From positions 1 through 55,511 of the forward strand of contig JBGPGO010000020.1 in the NCBI GenBank assembly GCA_041483895.1: a stretch of DNA of 55,511 nt, written 5' to 3'. The notes beneath the pieces were generated by a model that worked only from the letters and a program-made list of their open reading frames with translations, did no database searches and was not told the DNA's origin. A program made the translations under genes and the position numbers. This DNA comes from Fimbriimonadia bacterium (GTDB lineage: Bacteria > Armatimonadota > Fimbriimonadia > Fimbriimonadales > JABRVX01). Positions 21,613 to 30,823 of the stretch are shown here, piece by piece; within the stretch, counting starts at the first letter, position 1, and the number at the start of each line of letters is the position of its first letter.

Positions 21613-22875
21613 TCACCTCCTCTTGTGTAAGAGGACCGGCTCAAAACGCCTCGCAACTGAACCATCATCGGGAAACGAGGGAATATCACCCAGGACGGGG
21701 TGCCAGTCAATTGGAAATGACGGCGGCATATCGAACACGGGCCAGCCCGGGTATGGAATCGGATTCTTAGGGGGAGCAGGCGGAATACCGGGGAACCGCG
21801 GCATTTGATCGGATGGAATGGTCACAGTAGGAGGTGGCCAGAAGTTGGTCCCAGAACTGCCTCCCGATCCATGAGATGTCATTATGTCATAACCCGATGG
21901 ATCAACGCAGTTCACCGGATCTCCGTCGCAGTAGGCATATGGCCTCTCGCTCAGCACGGTGTCTCGTGTGATAAACCGCCCGACATAGGGGTCGTAGTAT
22001 CGCGCGCCAACCTGCTGGAGTCCGGCATCGCCATCGTCGCGGTAGCCCAGAGCGCCGACGAATTTGTTCGAGATGTCGGATGAGCCGCTAGTGTATTTTA
22101 TGTTGCCGAATGCATCATAGATGTCCGATTGGATTACGGACTCGCCGTCGTTGGTGACTTTGCGGCTGCTGCCTTGGTCGTCGTACAAGGGATACTGATC
22201 GCTGCGTTTGAGCAGCCCGAGGCCGTAGACGGAGTTTGCCGTCCATGATGACCCGACGCGTTCGTTGACGAGCTCGGTGCCGTCGTACCAAAAGTGTGTG
22301 GTAGTGCCGCCGGCTGCTCGGCTTTCGCGGCGGCCGATGCCGTCATACGTGTAACTCTTAACGGGACTGCCGCCGGTGGAGATGGTAGTCAGTTGATTCT
22401 CGGCGTCATACGCGAGCGTATAACTGGTAGCGTCGACCGTGCGTGTCAGTTGATTGCCGTTGTCGTCATAGGTCCATGTGTGAGTGGTGGTTTCGCCGAG
22501 ATACTCATGCAGGATCTCATCATCGTCTGAATAGTCGTAGGTGTATGTATCGTCCCCGACTGTCTTGCTGGTGCGGTTCCCGTTGCCGTCCACCTCATAG
22601 GTCTCGGAGTACGATCCCGTGCCGGTTCGAGTCGCGGAGATTAGATGGTGCATGGCGTCGTAGTCGAACGTCTGCGTATCACCGCCGATTTCATCGATCT
22701 CCGTGATCAGGTTGTCGTCGTTCAACGTATAGGTGTAACTGCTCAAGGTCGTATTGTTGCTGTTCTTGTTGGTCACGCCATAGATTCGGCTCGCGTCATC
22801 GTATACCTTCACCACATCCGTCTGATTCTGATCATGGATACCGGTCACATTGCCATTTTCGTCGTAAATATACAC
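21613..22875 (-). CDS. N-terminally truncated Rhs/YD-repeat protein with Pro-rich C-terminal tip
   Basis: YTYD..GN repeats, YDAFG, GARYYDP.VGRFITRD, PYAYC.GDPVNCVDPSG. Confidence 0.85.
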   Translation of the reverse strand: MYIYDENGNVTGIHDQNQTDVVKVYDDASRIYGVTNKNSNNTTLSSYTYTLNDDNLITEIDEIGGDTQTFDYDAMHHLISATRTGTGSYSETYEVDGNGNRTSKTVGDDTYTYDYSDDDEILHEYLGETTTHTWTYDDNGNQLTRTVDATSYTLAYDAENQLTTISTGGSPVKSYTYDGIGRRESRAAGGTTTHFWYDGTELVNERVGSSWTANSVYGLGLLKRSDQYPLYDDQGSSRKVTNDGESVIQSDIYDAFGNIKYTSGSSDISNKFVGALGYRDDGDAGLQQVGARYYDPYVGRFITRDTVLSERPYAYCDGDPVNCVDPSGYDIMTSHGSGGSSGTNFWPPPTVTIPSDQMPRFPGIPPAPPKNPIPYPGWPVFDMPPSFPIDWHPVLGDIPSFPDDGSVARRFEPVLLHKRR

Positions 22876-23278
22876 AGTCGTTCCCGCCTCGTGAACCGAC
22901 CATCTCTCTTCCTTGTCGCCGATTGCCTGGATTGTTGGATCATCTTTGATTCCTCCCTATCCCCCGCTCCTGCCCGCGCGCCTGTTATTGACGATTGCAT
23001 CTTACTAGGCGGGCAATTCACTCCGCGAGTCGTAATTATTTATGACCGACATTTGTTGGGCAATTCAGACACTTCCCGTCGAGCGCGATAGCGAAGGCTG
23101 ATCGCTGGAGAGTATTCTCCCAGATCATCAGCGGTGACGGGGACGTGAAATGGTGTTCCCACAATCCGGACAACGCCACCTGCTCCTATTGGGTTTCTTC
23201 CCCCCTTCCAGAACCCAATCCCCTCGCGTTTCTCGCCGTTCCGCTATTCGCCGGCACGGTTCGCAGGATTGGGTTCCG

Positions 23279-25915
23279 CTACTTCGCTGCCCGCACCGTT
23301 ACCTCTCCCACAACACCGCCCGTGTCGCCCTGATTCACAATCCGAATATAACGGGCCTTGCGCGGAGCGTTGCGATAGGAGACCGTCCACTTCTCGAAAT
23401 CCGACGGATCGATGTCGCGCTGGTGGCCCGCGGCCCAACCCCAATCGCCCTCAAACCCGAACGGCTGCGTGATCTCCCAACTGACACCCTCGGTGTAGGC
23501 GTAGATGACAAACTGCCGCCAAAAATCATGCCGTTGATAAGTGGTGAGCGCCACTTCCGCCACCATCTGATCGGAACCCAAATCAATCACAACAAAGGAA
23601 CCCTTTTCGGTCGGCAGAACGCCGCTGGACTTTGCATCCCCATCCACCATCTTCGACCCATCGGCCCCATTGGACAGCGTGACCTTCTTGCCCGCCGCGA
23701 TGTTCGCATCCGAAATCACTGCCGAAGCAATATTAAATCGCATGTCACGCAGCATCAGCTCCCGATTGCCACGATGGTAGTCCACATTCAACTCCCACGC
23801 CTTCAGAAATTGCCACTCCTCCTGCCCGAACGCCCGCGCGCGCACCAGAAACACGCCGTTGCTGCCCACCACGTCCACGCGCCCGAACGGATTGTCCCGC
23901 AGCGTATGGCGGGTTAACGTGCGGAACTCCTTCTCCTCTCCCGTTGGGCGATTTGGCAACCGGAACACACCCTGCGCGTCCGTCGTGCCCTCGAACGCCG
24001 GCGGCTCGTCTTTTATTTCCCCGCCCTTCATTTGGAAAAAACTGAGCTGCAAATTCGGTATCGCCTTGCCCGCGCCATCGAGCGCGCGCAGAAAAACCAG
24101 CTTGGGCAGATCATAGATCGCCTCGCCATAGTGCCCGCGACGAAAGCCGAGCGTGGAATTGAGATATGCCACATCCCAACCTGCATACAGACCCGTTGGC
24201 TCATATAAGGGAAACTGGTCCGAAGGATCGCCATTCGGCTCGTTGCGGGGGACAATAGCGGACGGAACAAATGTGTCATTGCGCGTGTCGCCGCCACCCA
24301 TCAGGCCGCCAAACGGATCGATATTCCCACGTGTCATATTCTTCATCCGTACCTTGCCGCGCGTTCCATCCGGCAAACTGGCATCCACATTCATCACATA
24401 GAGATCGATCAGCCCACATTGATGGCTGCACTCGTGCAATAGTCCCGTTTCGCATTGCAACAGGTTCGATTCCAGAAACTTCCGTGTATCTTCCCCCTGC
24501 CAATCGAAGCCCCATTCACCATCATAGAGAAAGTTGGGTTTTCCGCCCGGTGTGTGATTGCCGCCTTTGTCCAAAGTGCCATCGGGGACTACTATGATAC
24601 GTTGTATCCGCACGCGTTCCAAACTGCCATCCGGCGCAAAGGAGAACTTGCTCTTTGCCATCCACACTTCGTTCCACATGGCAAACTGCCACTGCACCCA
24701 ATCCTCGAACGAATAGGTCCCAACCCCATTTCGGTTCTTGCTGAAAAAATCATACACCGATTGCTCGACGTGGATGCCAAGGTTCAGGCCATGTGTGTAT
24801 ATCCGCAGAAAGTTGTTGTCAGCGCACGTCTCCGGCTCATCGGTCAAGACTTTGATCGCAACGGTAAATTCCCGATGATCTTTGTGCATGTCCTGCCAAA
24901 TCGCCGGGGCCTCGATCACCACTTCCAGCCCCGGAGCGAGCGGATCGGTCACATCTCCATCACGAACCGCCTTGCCATTGATAAACCAAACATAGTGAAA
25001 TTTGGAAATCGCTTTACTTTCGCCATGGTTGCGGACATGCGCGCGGTAGGTGACCAAATTTCCATCGCGCGGCCACTTTTGCGCGCCCATCAAGCCGGGC
25101 TTATCCATAATCCCGACGTCATCCTTATACGTATATGCGGTGGTCGGGTCGTATCGTTCAAACTCCGGCAGCCGCTCTATATATGCCACATCCAAATCTG
25201 CCGCATTGGGTTTCGGTGGTGCATCCGCATACGTGATAACCAGCGTCGGCCGCCCGACCGCAGCATCACTGCTCAGGAACTGTCCGGGCTCCCCTTTGGT
25301 GTCCAGCACCCATCCGTAGTTGGTGGCGCTCCGGTCGTACCACGCCTGCACGTCCGCTTCCAGCCCCAATATTACGACCTGCCCATTCGCATTGCTTGCC
25401 GGCGTGCCAGCCGCTGTGGGTTTGTCCGCCCGATCTTCGTCCGCCTTGAAGCATCCGCCCGCCGCCCAACGCTGCCCTTCCATCTGGCCTTTTGCCACTC
25501 GAAAATCCCACGTCGCCCCGAGCGGAGACTTCTCGCCGATTTTCATCTTGGGCCGTCCACACCCTTCGTTCCAATCCATCAGCACGCGGGTAACCGTGAT
25601 CTCTTTGGGGGGCGTACCGGCCGTCGGTGAAAGAACCAATTTCGCGTTCGTAATGACCTTGCCGGGACCAATCGCCCGATTCAAATCACCGAACTTGATA
25701 AGAATCCTAGCATCCGGACCACTCACCAGGCGCGGTTCCCCGCCGAAGTTGCTCTCTTTCGCGCTCTTGGAAAGATAGGTATCGGAGCAGCTCCAATACT
25801 TGTATTCTCGAATGCCCTCCCACTGGACATTCGCGCCGTTGGAGAGAATCACGACCTTCTCCGGCCTTCCCGCCGGAACTTGAAGGAAAATCAGGGATGC
25901 GAACGCAAAAAACAT
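23279..25915 (-). CDS. Secreted multidomain metallopeptidase-like protein (DNRLRE-like, CARDB-like, HExxH, discoidin-like)
   Basis: SDTYL..NFGG..ILIKF; A.VRNHG; LLHECSHQCGLIDLY; VVIDLG...KARYIRI. Confidence 0.75.
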   Translation of the reverse strand: MFFAFASLIFLQVPAGRPEKVVILSNGANVQWEGIREYKYWSCSDTYLSKSAKESNFGGEPRLVSGPDARILIKFGDLNRAIGPGKVITNAKLVLSPTAGTPPKEITVTRVLMDWNEGCGRPKMKIGEKSPLGATWDFRVAKGQMEGQRWAAGGCFKADEDRADKPTAAGTPASNANGQVVILGLEADVQAWYDRSATNYGWVLDTKGEPGQFLSSDAAVGRPTLVITYADAPPKPNAADLDVAYIERLPEFERYDPTTAYTYKDDVGIMDKPGLMGAQKWPRDGNLVTYRAHVRNHGESKAISKFHYVWFINGKAVRDGDVTDPLAPGLEVVIEAPAIWQDMHKDHREFTVAIKVLTDEPETCADNNFLRIYTHGLNLGIHVEQSVYDFFSKNRNGVGTYSFEDWVQWQFAMWNEVWMAKSKFSFAPDGSLERVRIQRIIVVPDGTLDKGGNHTPGGKPNFLYDGEWGFDWQGEDTRKFLESNLLQCETGLLHECSHQCGLIDLYVMNVDASLPDGTRGKVRMKNMTRGNIDPFGGLMGGGDTRNDTFVPSAIVPRNEPNGDPSDQFPLYEPTGLYAGWDVAYLNSTLGFRRGHYGEAIYDLPKLVFLRALDGAGKAIPNLQLSFFQMKGGEIKDEPPAFEGTTDAQGVFRLPNRPTGEEKEFRTLTRHTLRDNPFGRVDVVGSNGVFLVRARAFGQEEWQFLKAWELNVDYHRGNRELMLRDMRFNIASAVISDANIAAGKKVTLSNGADGSKMVDGDAKSSGVLPTEKGSFVVIDLGSDQMVAEVALTTYQRHDFWRQFVIYAYTEGVSWEITQPFGFEGDWGWAAGHQRDIDPSDFEKWTVSYRNAPRKARYIRIVNQGDTGGVVGEVTVRAAK

Positions 25916-25951
25916 GGAGTCCGGTTCGTCACCGGACGGCCGGTTCCTGCC

Positions 25952-26941
25952 CTATCCGCCGCAGAGCTGCCGGTAGATGGAGAGGACCCGCTTCACATAG
26001 TTCTGGGTCTCCTTGAACGGAGGCACACCGCCATACTTGCGGACCGCCCCCGACCCCGCGTTGTAGGAGGCCATGGCCTTCGCCAACCCCTCGATCGAGA
26101 CAAAGTTCGTCCCCGGCACTTTGTTATTCTCCAAATGTCCCCTGATCAGCCGTACGGTGGCGGACATGTTCTGCTTCATGTCGTATGGGTTGCTTACCCC
26201 CATTCCGCGCGCCGTTCCCGGCATCAACTGCCCAAGCCCCGCCGCGCCCTTATAAGAGGTCGCTGCCGGACGGAATCGCGATTCCACAAGTACCAGCGCC
26301 ACAACCAGGCGAGGATCGACGCCGTGCTTGTCGCTGAAATCCAAAAGAGTGCGGGCGATGTCTCCCGCCTGCGCCTCGGTCAATTTCGGGTTCACGGTGT
26401 GAATAAAGTCCCGATAGCCGGGCAACACCTCTTCAATGGGCCGCCAATCCGCGCGGTCCGCGTGCCGGGAAGCGGGCTGTACCGCGCGCTCTGCCCGCTC
26501 CGCCTTCCGCGCCTCTTCGGCCTGGCGGGCCTCATCTTCCGCTCGCCGCTTTCTGGCCTCCCAAGCGCCGATCTCCTGTTCGGAAATCGCGGCGACAAGG
26601 CGCAAATCCGGGCTTCGGTTGGGATCCCCGCCCTGGACTTCCACAATCACGCGGATGGCGATATTTCCCGTATTGAACCAGCTCGGCAGCGAGTCGCTCT
26701 TGATGTTCTGGGAGATGCCGCCGCCGCCCAAAATAAAGGCGCTGTCGCTTCCGATCGAGAAGGTGCCCATGATGCGGCCTGCCAGCTCGATGGTGGCGCC
26801 GTCAGCCGCCGATTGAACCTGATCGAGCGCGGTGGATGCTTTGATACCAGCCTGCGAGCGAAGGTGCAGATACTCCTGCAGCGTCTCCGTGCGGCTGATC
26901 AGCGGAAGGACCGCAACGAGGGCGGCGATTAGGATTTTCAT
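25952..26941 (-). CDS. Lytic transglycosylase (SLT domain), exported
   Basis: VESRF.P.ATS.KGAAGLGQLMP, ASYNAG, ETQNYV; ATG at 26941 gives signal peptide. Confidence 0.9.
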   Translation of the reverse strand: MKILIAALVAVLPLISRTETLQEYLHLRSQAGIKASTALDQVQSAADGATIELAGRIMGTFSIGSDSAFILGGGGISQNIKSDSLPSWFNTGNIAIRVIVEVQGGDPNRSPDLRLVAAISEQEIGAWEARKRRAEDEARQAEEARKAERAERAVQPASRHADRADWRPIEEVLPGYRDFIHTVNPKLTEAQAGDIARTLLDFSDKHGVDPRLVVALVLVESRFRPAATSYKGAAGLGQLMPGTARGMGVSNPYDMKQNMSATVRLIRGHLENNKVPGTNFVSIEGLAKAMASYNAGSGAVRKYGGVPPFKETQNYVKRVLSIYRQLCGG

Positions 26942-26951
26942 AGGCGTTTTC

Positions 26952-27043
26952 TGGCGGAGAGATAGGGATTCGAACCCTAGAACAAGGTTTCCCCCGTTAC
27001 CCACTTAGCAGGCGGGCGCTTTCGACCACTCAGCCATCTCTCC
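26952..27043 (-). tRNA. tRNA-Ser(GCT)
   Basis: GGAGAGATGGCTGAGTGGTCGAAAGC...CT-GCT-AA...long variable arm...GGTTCGAATCC...CCA. Confidence 0.95.
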
Positions 27044-27053
27044 GTAAGGCGAA

Positions 27054-27062
27054 ATTATACCA
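27054..27062 (-). promoter_or_regulatory. Extended -10 promoter for tRNA-Ser
   Basis: TGGTATAAT 10 nt upstream of the tRNA 5' end. Confidence 0.6.
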
Positions 27063-27157
27063 AATCCGGCCCAGATTATCGGTTGAATGCCGTGGGCCCC
27101 GGTTATCCGTAGGACGAAGGAAGCCGGCAATTGGTTCAATACGGTAAAACTATCGGC

Positions 27158-27796
27158 GTGAGACGTATTTTCCCGTTAGCCATATTACTTTGCCTCGCCT
27201 CCTGCGGCGGACCGCTTGGAAAACCCATCAATGCCAAGATGTCCGATCTGATGCCCCTCGCCGTCGGATCGGAGTGGAAATACTCCCAAAAAGGGGGCAC
27301 ATCGCGTCAACCGGACCGCAGCCGCCGCGTGGTCAGCAAGACCACCTTCAACGGCAAGCCCGCCTTCGAATTGGAAGACAAGGACGAAGACGGCCAAAAC
27401 TCGGCGCGCTATATCTATCGGCTGAACGACGATGGCCTCTTCCTGCACCAGTTCGATGGATATATGCGGAAAGATGCTGAAAACAGGGAAATCCAAGCGC
27501 CGCTCAAATCCGGCAGCTCCTGGCAGGTGGAGATTCCCGTTTTCTCCGGCGGCCACGCCGGAAAGGAACAATGGAACTACAGCATCCGCGGCATGGAAAA
27601 GGTGACGGTCCCCGCAGGCACGTTCCAGGCCGTCCGAATTGACTGTGTCAACAGCTTCTTGGATGAGGCGTCCCAGCTCTTTTATCGCAGGGCATGGTAT
27701 GCGCCGAAGGTCGGGATGATAAAGCTGCTGATGGGAAACAGCCCGGAGCTCAAAGATAGTACGATGGAGCTCAAAAGCTACAAACTGGCTAACTGA
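27158..27796 (+). CDS. Lipoprotein, beta-rich (DUF3108-like)
   Basis: LAS-C lipobox; PLAVGSEWKY, VTVPAGTF, WYAPKVG.IK. Confidence 0.75.
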   Translation: MRRIFPLAILLCLASCGGPLGKPINAKMSDLMPLAVGSEWKYSQKGGTSRQPDRSRRVVSKTTFNGKPAFELEDKDEDGQNSARYIYRLNDDGLFLHQFDGYMRKDAENREIQAPLKSGSSWQVEIPVFSGGHAGKEQWNYSIRGMEKVTVPAGTFQAVRIDCVNSFLDEASQLFYRRAWYAPKVGMIKLLMGNSPELKDSTMELKSYKLAN

Positions 27797-28766
27797 TCCG
27801 CACCGGCCTGTGCGTTTTTGCGGCCTGATACCCCGCAATCGGGACCTGCGCCGCCTTGAACCCGTCGGTACCGCTGACCGGAACGGGCCTACCCTCTTCC
27901 AGCGCGGCCAGCCAGTCCTCCATCAGCGCCGCGTCGATGTTGCTGCCATAGCCGATCTCTCGGACACGCATGTCCTTGTTCGAATAGGACAGAAACGCCT
28001 GGCCAAACATGTCCATCTCGATCACCCCCTTCGTGCCAACGACGTTCATGGTCACGTCGCCCCAAACCTTGTAGCTCACCGGGCGAGACCAGCTCGAATC
28101 GATGGTTGCGAACACCCCATTCGCGAACTGCACCGTCACCATCGCGATGTCGTCAAAATCGCCGTGGTACATACCGTTCCCGGTTTCGGCGTAAACCTCC
28201 ACCGGGTCGCGCCGCAGCAGAACACGTAAAAGGTCCGAAACATGCACCGCATGGTCCATCATCGCCCCGCCGCCGGAGAGAGCGGGAATGTTGAACCAAG
28301 AATTCTGGGGCATCATCCCATGATTCGTCGCGCAGACCGCCAATAAGTCTCCGATTTCGCGGCTCTCCACCCGTTCCACAAGCCGCAGGAAGGCCGGCGA
28401 GTATCGGCACGGAAAGCAGGTGGCAAGCTGCACGCCCGCCGCATCACAGGCCGCCAGCATCGCGCGGCCGTCCTCTTCCGTAGTGCAGAGCGGCTTTTCA
28501 CACATGATGTGGCACTTCTTGGAGGCCGCGATCTCCACCAAGGCTCGATGCTTCACATTTTCGCTCGCGACGCACACCGCATCGCACTGTTCGGCCAACT
28601 CTTCGTAACTGGAAAAGAGAGGAACTTCGTAACGGGCGGCCAGCTCTTTGCCGCGTTCGGAATTCTCATCCGCGACGCCGATCAGTGCTGAGCGAGGGTT
28701 CGCCTTGAGGGCGCTCGCGTATCCCCAAGCGTGCATGTGCGCCGTGCTGAGAATGCCGACCTTCAT
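27789..28766 (-). CDS. Gfo/Idh/MocA oxidoreductase
   Basis: HIMCEKP, GGGAMMDHAVH. Confidence 0.9.
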   Translation of the reverse strand: MKVGILSTAHMHAWGYASALKANPRSALIGVADENSERGKELAARYEVPLFSSYEELAEQCDAVCVASENVKHRALVEIAASKKCHIMCEKPLCTTEEDGRAMLAACDAAGVQLATCFPCRYSPAFLRLVERVESREIGDLLAVCATNHGMMPQNSWFNIPALSGGGAMMDHAVHVSDLLRVLLRRDPVEVYAETGNGMYHGDFDDIAMVTVQFANGVFATIDSSWSRPVSYKVWGDVTMNVVGTKGVIEMDMFGQAFLSYSNKDMRVREIGYGSNIDAALMEDWLAALEEGRPVPVSGTDGFKAAQVPIAGYQAAKTHRPVRIS

Positions 28767-29779
28767 GCGCCGCCTCCCGGTGCGACCGGCACGCCCGTGC
28801 GCAGGCTCTCGATAGCGGCTTCCGAAATCGCGATGGCTTTTAAACCGTCGTCTACGGTTACGCTGGGCTGCGCGCCGCTCAAACAGCAATCGACGAAGTG
28901 CGCCAACTCGGTCCGATAGGGATCGTCCATCGGATGCAATGGACTCTCCTTTTGCGGACTTCCACCCGCGATCGTCGTTTGAAGATTCTTGGTTTTGCGA
29001 TTATCATATTCGATCATCCCCGCGTCCCCGCACACCTCGAACGTCACGCGGGAACCGGCCGGATCGCACCACGTTCCTTCCACATGCCCAACCACGCCGC
29101 TGACAAATTTAAGAGTGACAAGGGCGTAATCGCACTGCGGCATTTTTCGATCGAGAAGCCCTTTCGCATAGACCCGTTCTACTTCGCCAAAGGTCCACCG
29201 CAGCCAGTCGAAGTCATGCAGCATCAGGTCGAGCAGCACGCCGCCGCTCTGGTCGAAATCCGCGAACCAGGCCCCGGCCCACGTCGGAAACGGTCCGCCG
29301 CGCCGGGTCCGAACCGCCGCCGGCACGCCGATGCCGCCGTCCGCTATGAGCTTCGTTGCGCGGGCAAATTCGGGGAAGAAACGAACCACGTGCGCGGGCA
29401 TAAAAATCTTGCCGCTCGAATCAACAATCTGCTTCAGCTCTTGGCATTGCTCCACCGTCCGGCAGATCGGCTTTTCGCAGAGAACATGCTTCCCCACCTG
29501 CAATGCCCCCGTCGCCAACGCCAAATGTGTCGGCGTCGGGGTGCAGATGTCCACTGCATCCACGCGCTCCAGCAAAGCATCGAAAGACTCGGCGCCGGGG
29601 ACACCAAATTCGCCCGCAAACGATTGCAGCCGCTCCGGGATTTCATCGTAGGCAACCGCAAGCCGGCATCCCGGCACGTTCTTGTAGTGCCGAGCATGCG
29701 TCTTTCCCATTCCCCCCAACCCGACCAAACCAATCGTCAACAATCCATCCCCCGTAACGCTGCCTTCCAGGCGGCTCAT
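28763..29779 (-). CDS. Gfo/Idh/MocA oxidoreductase
   Basis: GLVGLGGMG, HVLCEKP, GGVLLDLMLHDFD. Confidence 0.92.
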   Translation of the reverse strand: MSRLEGSVTGDGLLTIGLVGLGGMGKTHARHYKNVPGCRLAVAYDEIPERLQSFAGEFGVPGAESFDALLERVDAVDICTPTPTHLALATGALQVGKHVLCEKPICRTVEQCQELKQIVDSSGKIFMPAHVVRFFPEFARATKLIADGGIGVPAAVRTRRGGPFPTWAGAWFADFDQSGGVLLDLMLHDFDWLRWTFGEVERVYAKGLLDRKMPQCDYALVTLKFVSGVVGHVEGTWCDPAGSRVTFEVCGDAGMIEYDNRKTKNLQTTIAGGSPQKESPLHPMDDPYRTELAHFVDCCLSGAQPSVTVDDGLKAIAISEAAIESLRTGVPVAPGGGA

Positions 29780-29813
29780 TTTTCATTGACGATCGCATCG
29801 TCAAACGGATTTC

Positions 29814-29980
29814 GTAGGCGCGGGCCAGCATGCCGATAGTCTTCCGTCCGCCACATCCAAAGGCCCGCGTTTGACCACGTCGGAAATTGCATGACGATTG
29901 CATTTCAATAATTCCGGCCCTCGCACGCGGGACTCTGAGTCGGCGATCGACAGGGTTTCTCAATGCTGTCCCGCGCCTAC
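29814..29980. repeat. Inverted pair of GTAG long-loop elements (family C variant)
   Basis: GTAGG-CGCGGGCC-35nt-GGCCCGCG (+) and GTAGG-CGCGGGAC-34nt-GTCCCGCG (-). Confidence 0.75.
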
Positions 29981-30005
29981 AAAGCCACGCAATCACCACG
30001 CAGTA

Positions 30006-30788
30006 CTAGAAGGATTCTGCGCCGGTGCGGGGGGTCCTGCGCTGACGGGCGCGTCCCCCATCCCGCCAAGCGGCACGGACCGCGAAGAATACGAGCAGTG
30101 CGCTGAAAGCCGACCAGACTGAGGCCCAAAACACCGCCGGCATGTGAGTCAGGTTCCCCATCGCCTGCGCGTCGCTCACCCCCTGAGAAGGGTCGGCGCT
30201 GAACAGCCAATAAAACGCTTGGAACGACGCAGCGCACTGCTGAATCGCCAGAAACTGACCGACAAAAACCGCCCCGGCGATCGGCAAAAACTTCGCGGCA
30301 GCAAGCAGGACCACAACGCTGACAATCCCAATAGTAACGGGAAACGCCTCTCCCCGGACCAGCCAAATCATTCCAACCGCTAAAACCATCGCCCCGAATA
30401 CGAGAAGCCCGCGCACCAGCTTCTCCTTCTGCGCCAGCCACATGAAAAACGCCCCGACAATCGCCGATCCCATGTATCCAGCGGAAGCCACCAACGCCTG
30501 ATTGCCACCCAACACCTGCGTCACGCCGCCCGCGTTCTGAAAAATCATGATGTCCTTCACCTGCCCGCCGGTCAGGAGCGCGACAAGCGCGTGGCAATAC
30601 TCATGAATATAGGTATTGATAAACGTGATGGGGCTGAGTGCGATACGGCCAACCGGCCAGTACCAAAGGAAGATCGCCGCCAGCGATGCCAAGAGCAAGG
30701 TCGTGCGATAGCTGACGCCCTCATGGCCCGTCAGGTGAGGCCGCTCGCCAAGCGCAGGGTCAAGTCCCAGGTTTGGTCCGGTTGACAT
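30006..30788 (-). CDS. M50B-like membrane metallopeptidase
   Basis: IHEYCHA, ASAGY, SDA; multiple TMs. Confidence 0.85.
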   Translation of the reverse strand: MSTGPNLGLDPALGERPHLTGHEGVSYRTTLLLASLAAIFLWYWPVGRIALSPITFINTYIHEYCHALVALLTGGQVKDIMIFQNAGGVTQVLGGNQALVASAGYMGSAIVGAFFMWLAQKEKLVRGLLVFGAMVLAVGMIWLVRGEAFPVTIGIVSVVVLLAAAKFLPIAGAVFVGQFLAIQQCAASFQAFYWLFSADPSQGVSDAQAMGNLTHMPAVFWASVWSAFSALLVFFAVRAAWRDGGRARQRRTPRTGAESF

Positions 30789-30823
30789 GTCTCTACTACG
30801 ATACCAGTTCTCGGCGCGTTGCC

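Noticed and set aside
26942..27004. Longer start for the SLT gene
   Set aside because: Lies inside tRNA-Ser
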